Shown here: positions 60,601-64,000 of the stretch, piece by piece | Layout: each line of letters begins with the position of its first letter | How positions within the stretch are numbered: position 1 is the first letter of the stretch | NCBI RefSeq assembly: GCF_000002075.1 | Contig: NW_004797426.1 | Coordinates: 103,807 to 167,806, forward strand | Length of the DNA: 64,000 nt | Direction of reading: 5' to 3' | From: Aplysia californica | Lineage: Eukaryota | Translations under genes and position numbers: made by a program | The notes under the pieces: generated by a model | Database searches by the model: none | What the model was told of the DNA's origin: nothing | What the model saw: only the letters and a program-made list of their open reading frames with translations

Positions 60601-62529
60601 CCGTCTGGACTTCTTGAAACGTGTCAAACGGAACGAGGCCCTCAAGAGAGAAGCCAAGGAGAAGGGTGTCAGAGTCAACACAAAGAGAGTGGTGAGTTGT
60701 TGGCTCTCAGGGCTACATTGAGATTATATTGGTTGAGAGAAGGGGCCTCTCTTGGTCTAGAGGTACTATGTTTGCCTTTCATTCAATAGGTTCTGGATTT
60801 GAAACCTGTCGGTGACGGGGGGGGGGGGGGGTGGATTCTCTAAAATTGTCTCATTTCGTATCCTTCCATGTTCTGATCTCCACTACCCCGTCCTCTGGGT
60901 TCCTTTCGCTTTAATTTTGACTCTTTTCTACTGTTTTCCTTGTTTCTTCTTACTGCTGTCTTTCAACTGATAGTGGGTGGTTGGCGGGTGCTCTGGTGTG
61001 GTTTGCTGCTTCTTTCCTATCAAACATAGATCTATCGTCCTCATCTCCTCCTCCTTTTTTATGTTTGTTACTCTCTTATAACACATCTAATCTTCTGACG
61101 CTCATATGACCTTATGCATCCCTGATCTTAGGGCAGGTAAAATCCAGCTTCCAGCCTTTTCGGATACAGGTGAAAAATCTTGTAGGTCCTGTGTGCAAGT
61201 TGAGAGCATTAAAAATCCTTTGGTGGGCTTTGGCTGCTACCCAGGCAAAATTTAAAGTTCCTACCAAAACTTAAAATACTCCAGTCTGAACTGTAGCAGG
61301 AGAACACAAAGAAGGAGTGTGGGGAGATGTGGTTACTTTGTGGGTGTTATTGTTTTCTGTGAAGAGGTTCTAAATTTTTCTTGGTCATGTGGTACATAGG
61401 TGTTGAGTCTATCATACTCAAACGTACTTGTAACTGTCCCCGTGGTTTGATGCACCCTGCATAATTTAGCAAAATGTGATCATTTTTTGCATAATTTCTG
61501 GTTATTTTCTTTTATCGTTCTTTGTTAAAATTAACGGAATCGCATAATTTCTCTTTTTTGTGCTCAGTGTGCATAAGTTCAGAATTTTTCTTGCATAAAA
61601 CGACGGTGACAGTTATAAGGCTTTGTCAGCCATTTGTCCAACTTGTGTGTACTCATCAAAATGTCGTGTTACAACTGTTGATGTCTCGCGTGTGTAATGA
61701 ATAATAATGGTATATGGGTAGAGTGTTGGCCTGTCTCTGCTTCTTCGAGTGGAAGATTCTACTAATCCCACTTTTCTGTGCTGTATTGGGTTTTTTTCCT
61801 CACGCTTTTCTTATTTTTGCTTGGAGGGGGGTGGGGATTCTTACGTCGTGTGAATTTTTAAGCCCCCCCCCCTCCTCCTGTAGTAAGTCATGTTTCTTGG
61901 AAGGCTCCTGTAGTGGGTGGGTTAGTCTGCCACGCATAATTTAGCAATATTTGATAATTTTTTTCATAATTTCTGATTATTTTCCTTTATCGTTCTTTGT
62001 TAAAAAATTAACAGAATCGCATAATTTCATATTTTTGGGCTCAGTTTGCATAATTTCATTAAATTTTTTTTTGCATAAAACCAAGGGGACAGGTTAGTAA
62101 ACTCAGGTCCTCAAAGGTCATCAAGAATGGGATGACTTGTGGGAAGATGGGTTCATTTGTTTGTGCTTGAGTAATACACATTCCTCAGAAAGAGCACTGC
62201 GTTCTGGGGGGTCATTAATAGTATGGTAATGATGTGTTTTTATCATTTTTTGTCCCATTGGGATTTAGGCTGTGTTGTTATTGGGGGGGGGGGGGTTCTT
62301 TTTTTCATTCTGAAGGTTTTGTGTTTTATTGTTGCAACTTCAAGTGCCTCTTTCTTGTTTTGTTTTGTTGGTTCTGAGATTTTTGGGTTTTTTTCCTGTT
62401 GTAACCTCAAGTCTCTTTCTCTCTGTCCATTTTCCACAGCCTGCTCAGCCCAGAACAGCCCACTTTGTGAGCACCAAGAGGATCCAGCCTGAGTTCCTCA
62501 CACCTATCCCATACGAGATCATTGCATAA
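57480..62529 (+). CDS. RPL21: 60S ribosomal protein L21 (eL21), 4 coding exons, 160 aa
   Basis: Exons 57480-57608, 59745-59857, 60541-60691 and 62440-62529 join in frame (483 nt): [23 protein letters not shown]...[32 protein letters not shown]...[24 protein letters not shown]...[19 protein letters not shown] at 62544-62549. Confidence 0.97.
59745..59857 (+). CDS. RPL21: RPL21 coding exon 2
   Basis: [38 protein letters not shown]. Confidence 0.95.
60541..60691 (+). CDS. RPL21: RPL21 coding exon 3
   Basis: [50 protein letters not shown]. Confidence 0.95.
60741..61275 (+). mobile_element. SINE family C copy in the last RPL21 intron
   Basis: Degenerate tRNA head (TGGTCTAGAGG..GGATTTGAAACC) and Nin/Deu-like domain at 61155-61265. 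Confidence 0.7.
60973..61118 (+). mobile_element. Retroposon family B copy inside a Nin/Deu-type SINE
   Basis: Match to family B; end of tail missing. Confidence 0.8.
61432..62098. mobile_element. MITE-like element with a duplicated ~160-bp right end
   Basis: AACTGTCCCCGTGGTTTGATGCA is inverted at ~61592-61614 and ~62072-62095; direct repeat 61458-61615 / 61935-62095. Confidence 0.55.
62440..62529 (+). CDS. RPL21: RPL21 last coding exon
   Basis: [29 protein letters not shown]. Confidence 0.95.
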   Translation, partial: PAQPRTAHFVSTKRIQPEFLTPIPYEIIA

Positions 62530-62611
62530 GGAGAGCTGGTGTTAATAAATATGTGAAAAATACTTTCACGAGTTTTGTAATGTTTTGTATAGTGTTTTTT
62601 GTCTTGGGAAG

Positions 62612-62779
62612 GAGGGTGCTCTGGTGTGGTTTGCTTCTTCTTTCCTATCAAATTCCTATCATCTTTATCTCCCCTCCTTCTTTTTTGTGTTTGTTACGCT
62701 CTTACAGAACCTCTAATCTTCGGCAGTTATATGACCATATTGTGTTGCATGTGCCGTAAAACTCTTACTAAAACTAAAC
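62612..62779 (+). mobile_element. Retroposon family B copy
   Basis: Match to family B, immediately after the RPL21 poly(A) signal. Confidence 0.78.
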
Positions 62780-63076
62780 GAAGCTGGGAAGTAACGAGAA
62801 AACTTGGCGGTAGAATATCTTTAGTGTCTGACTCAGTGTATCTGGCAAATTAGACCAAACCCTTTTTTTTGTGTGAAAATTATGTTCTTCACAGCCTTTA
62901 TTACACTCAATTGGTTATCTTGTAGTAAGTAAAAGGAATTCTGGATAACAATAGAATAGAAAGGAATTAGGCTATATTTTTTTATCCCCCGAAAAAGCGT
63001 TTGACCTTATTTGGCAGATACATAGTTTGACGGACACCAATAGTATGGGGTTTTTTTTTGGGGGGGGGGGGGGGTA

Positions 63077-63445
63077 ATAGTACAGGGTTTTACAACGCTC
63101 GCAACTGCATTAGGTCATATGAGCGCCAAGGGGTGGGTGTCAACAGAGAAGTCTTTACAGGGAATCAGACTTACTCTGCTCACCTCTCTCATTTCAACAG
63201 CACAAAGTCTGCTTCTACTATTAAGGCACCCCGGAAATAGCAGGTCACAAGAGAGTGACAAACAAAAGAAGTAGAGGAAAATGACAATAGTAAGGATCAG
63301 GAAAGAAAAGGCAGCAGTTCCCTGTTGTAGATCAGGCAGTTATGAGAGTGACATGAATCAGCCCATTTACAATTCTACTATGTTTGAACGAGAAATGTCC
63401 CGGGATGGCCTAAAGACACCACAGTCAGTGGCACTGCCCCGGGGG
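63077..63445 (-). mobile_element. Retroposon family A copy
   Basis: Match to family A. Confidence 0.85.
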
Positions 63446-63536
63446 GAAATAGTGTGTTTATTGTTTAAAAACAATGGATAGTCTCAACACTGAAGTTTGA
63501 TCTGTAAGTTGTAAGTGTAATTTAAAGTAGGCCTAA

Positions 63537-64000
63537 TTGACCGAGCAGCTAGACATAGATGGAAAAGATCTGAGAATTGTCAGGAATTTGTACTGGGACC
63601 AAAACGCTGCTGTACGAATTGATGGAGAATACAGTGAATATAAACAGATTAGGCGAGGAGTGAGGCAAGGATGTGTTATGTCACCAGACTTCTTTAACAT
63701 GTACTGTGAAACAATCCTTACAAACAGAAGAATGTCCAGGTCTCAAGTGGATGGTTGGCAGGTGCTCTGGGGTGGTTTGCTTCTTCTTTCCTATCAAACA
63801 TCTATCATCATCCATATCTCCCCTCCTTTTTTGTTTGTTACTCTCTTGTAACACCTATCTCCTGATGCTCATATGACCTTATGCAGTTGCGAGCGCCGTA
63901 AAACCTCTACTACTAAAACAATATCCAGGTCTCAAAGTATGGAGAAAATATTAATAATTAATAACATCAGGTATGCAGATGACACAGTTTTAATAGCAGG
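63537..64000 (+). mobile_element. LINE (RTE-like) reverse transcriptase fragment, degraded, running off the window
   Basis: GKDLRIVRNLYW..IRRGVRQGCVMSPDFFNMY, plus RYADDTVLIA at ~63969-63998; frameshifts and a family B insertion. Confidence 0.9.
63747..63920 (+). mobile_element. Retroposon family B copy inserted in a LINE RT fragment
   Basis: TCCAGGTCTCAA direct repeat on both sides. Confidence 0.85.

Overview
Eukaryotic (metazoan) draft-genome window with several N gaps. The repeat landscape suggests an invertebrate, possibly a mollusc (inference only). Four spliced genes can be rebuilt exon by exon from splice sites and protein similarity, arranged as two head-to-head pairs: RPL31 (-, 123 aa) with SPCS3 (+, 179 aa), and USP12/46 (-, 350 aa) with RPL21 (+, 160 aa). 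SPCS3 and USP12/46 converge. Notable points: SPCS3 intron 2 is a U12-type AT-AC minor intron. USP12/46 and RPL21 start only ~0.5 kb apart, in the same divergent arrangement as human 13q12. The end of a USP12/46 exon plus its splice donor has been amplified into a ~40-bp tandem ladder of donors. Three short retroposon families share one LINE-type 3' tail, and the two head-less families repeatedly sit inside the tRNA-headed one. Non-autonomous DNA transposons with 6-, 7- and 9-bp TSDs fill the 5' introns. There is no prokaryotic-type system (CRISPR etc.) and no intact autonomous transposon.
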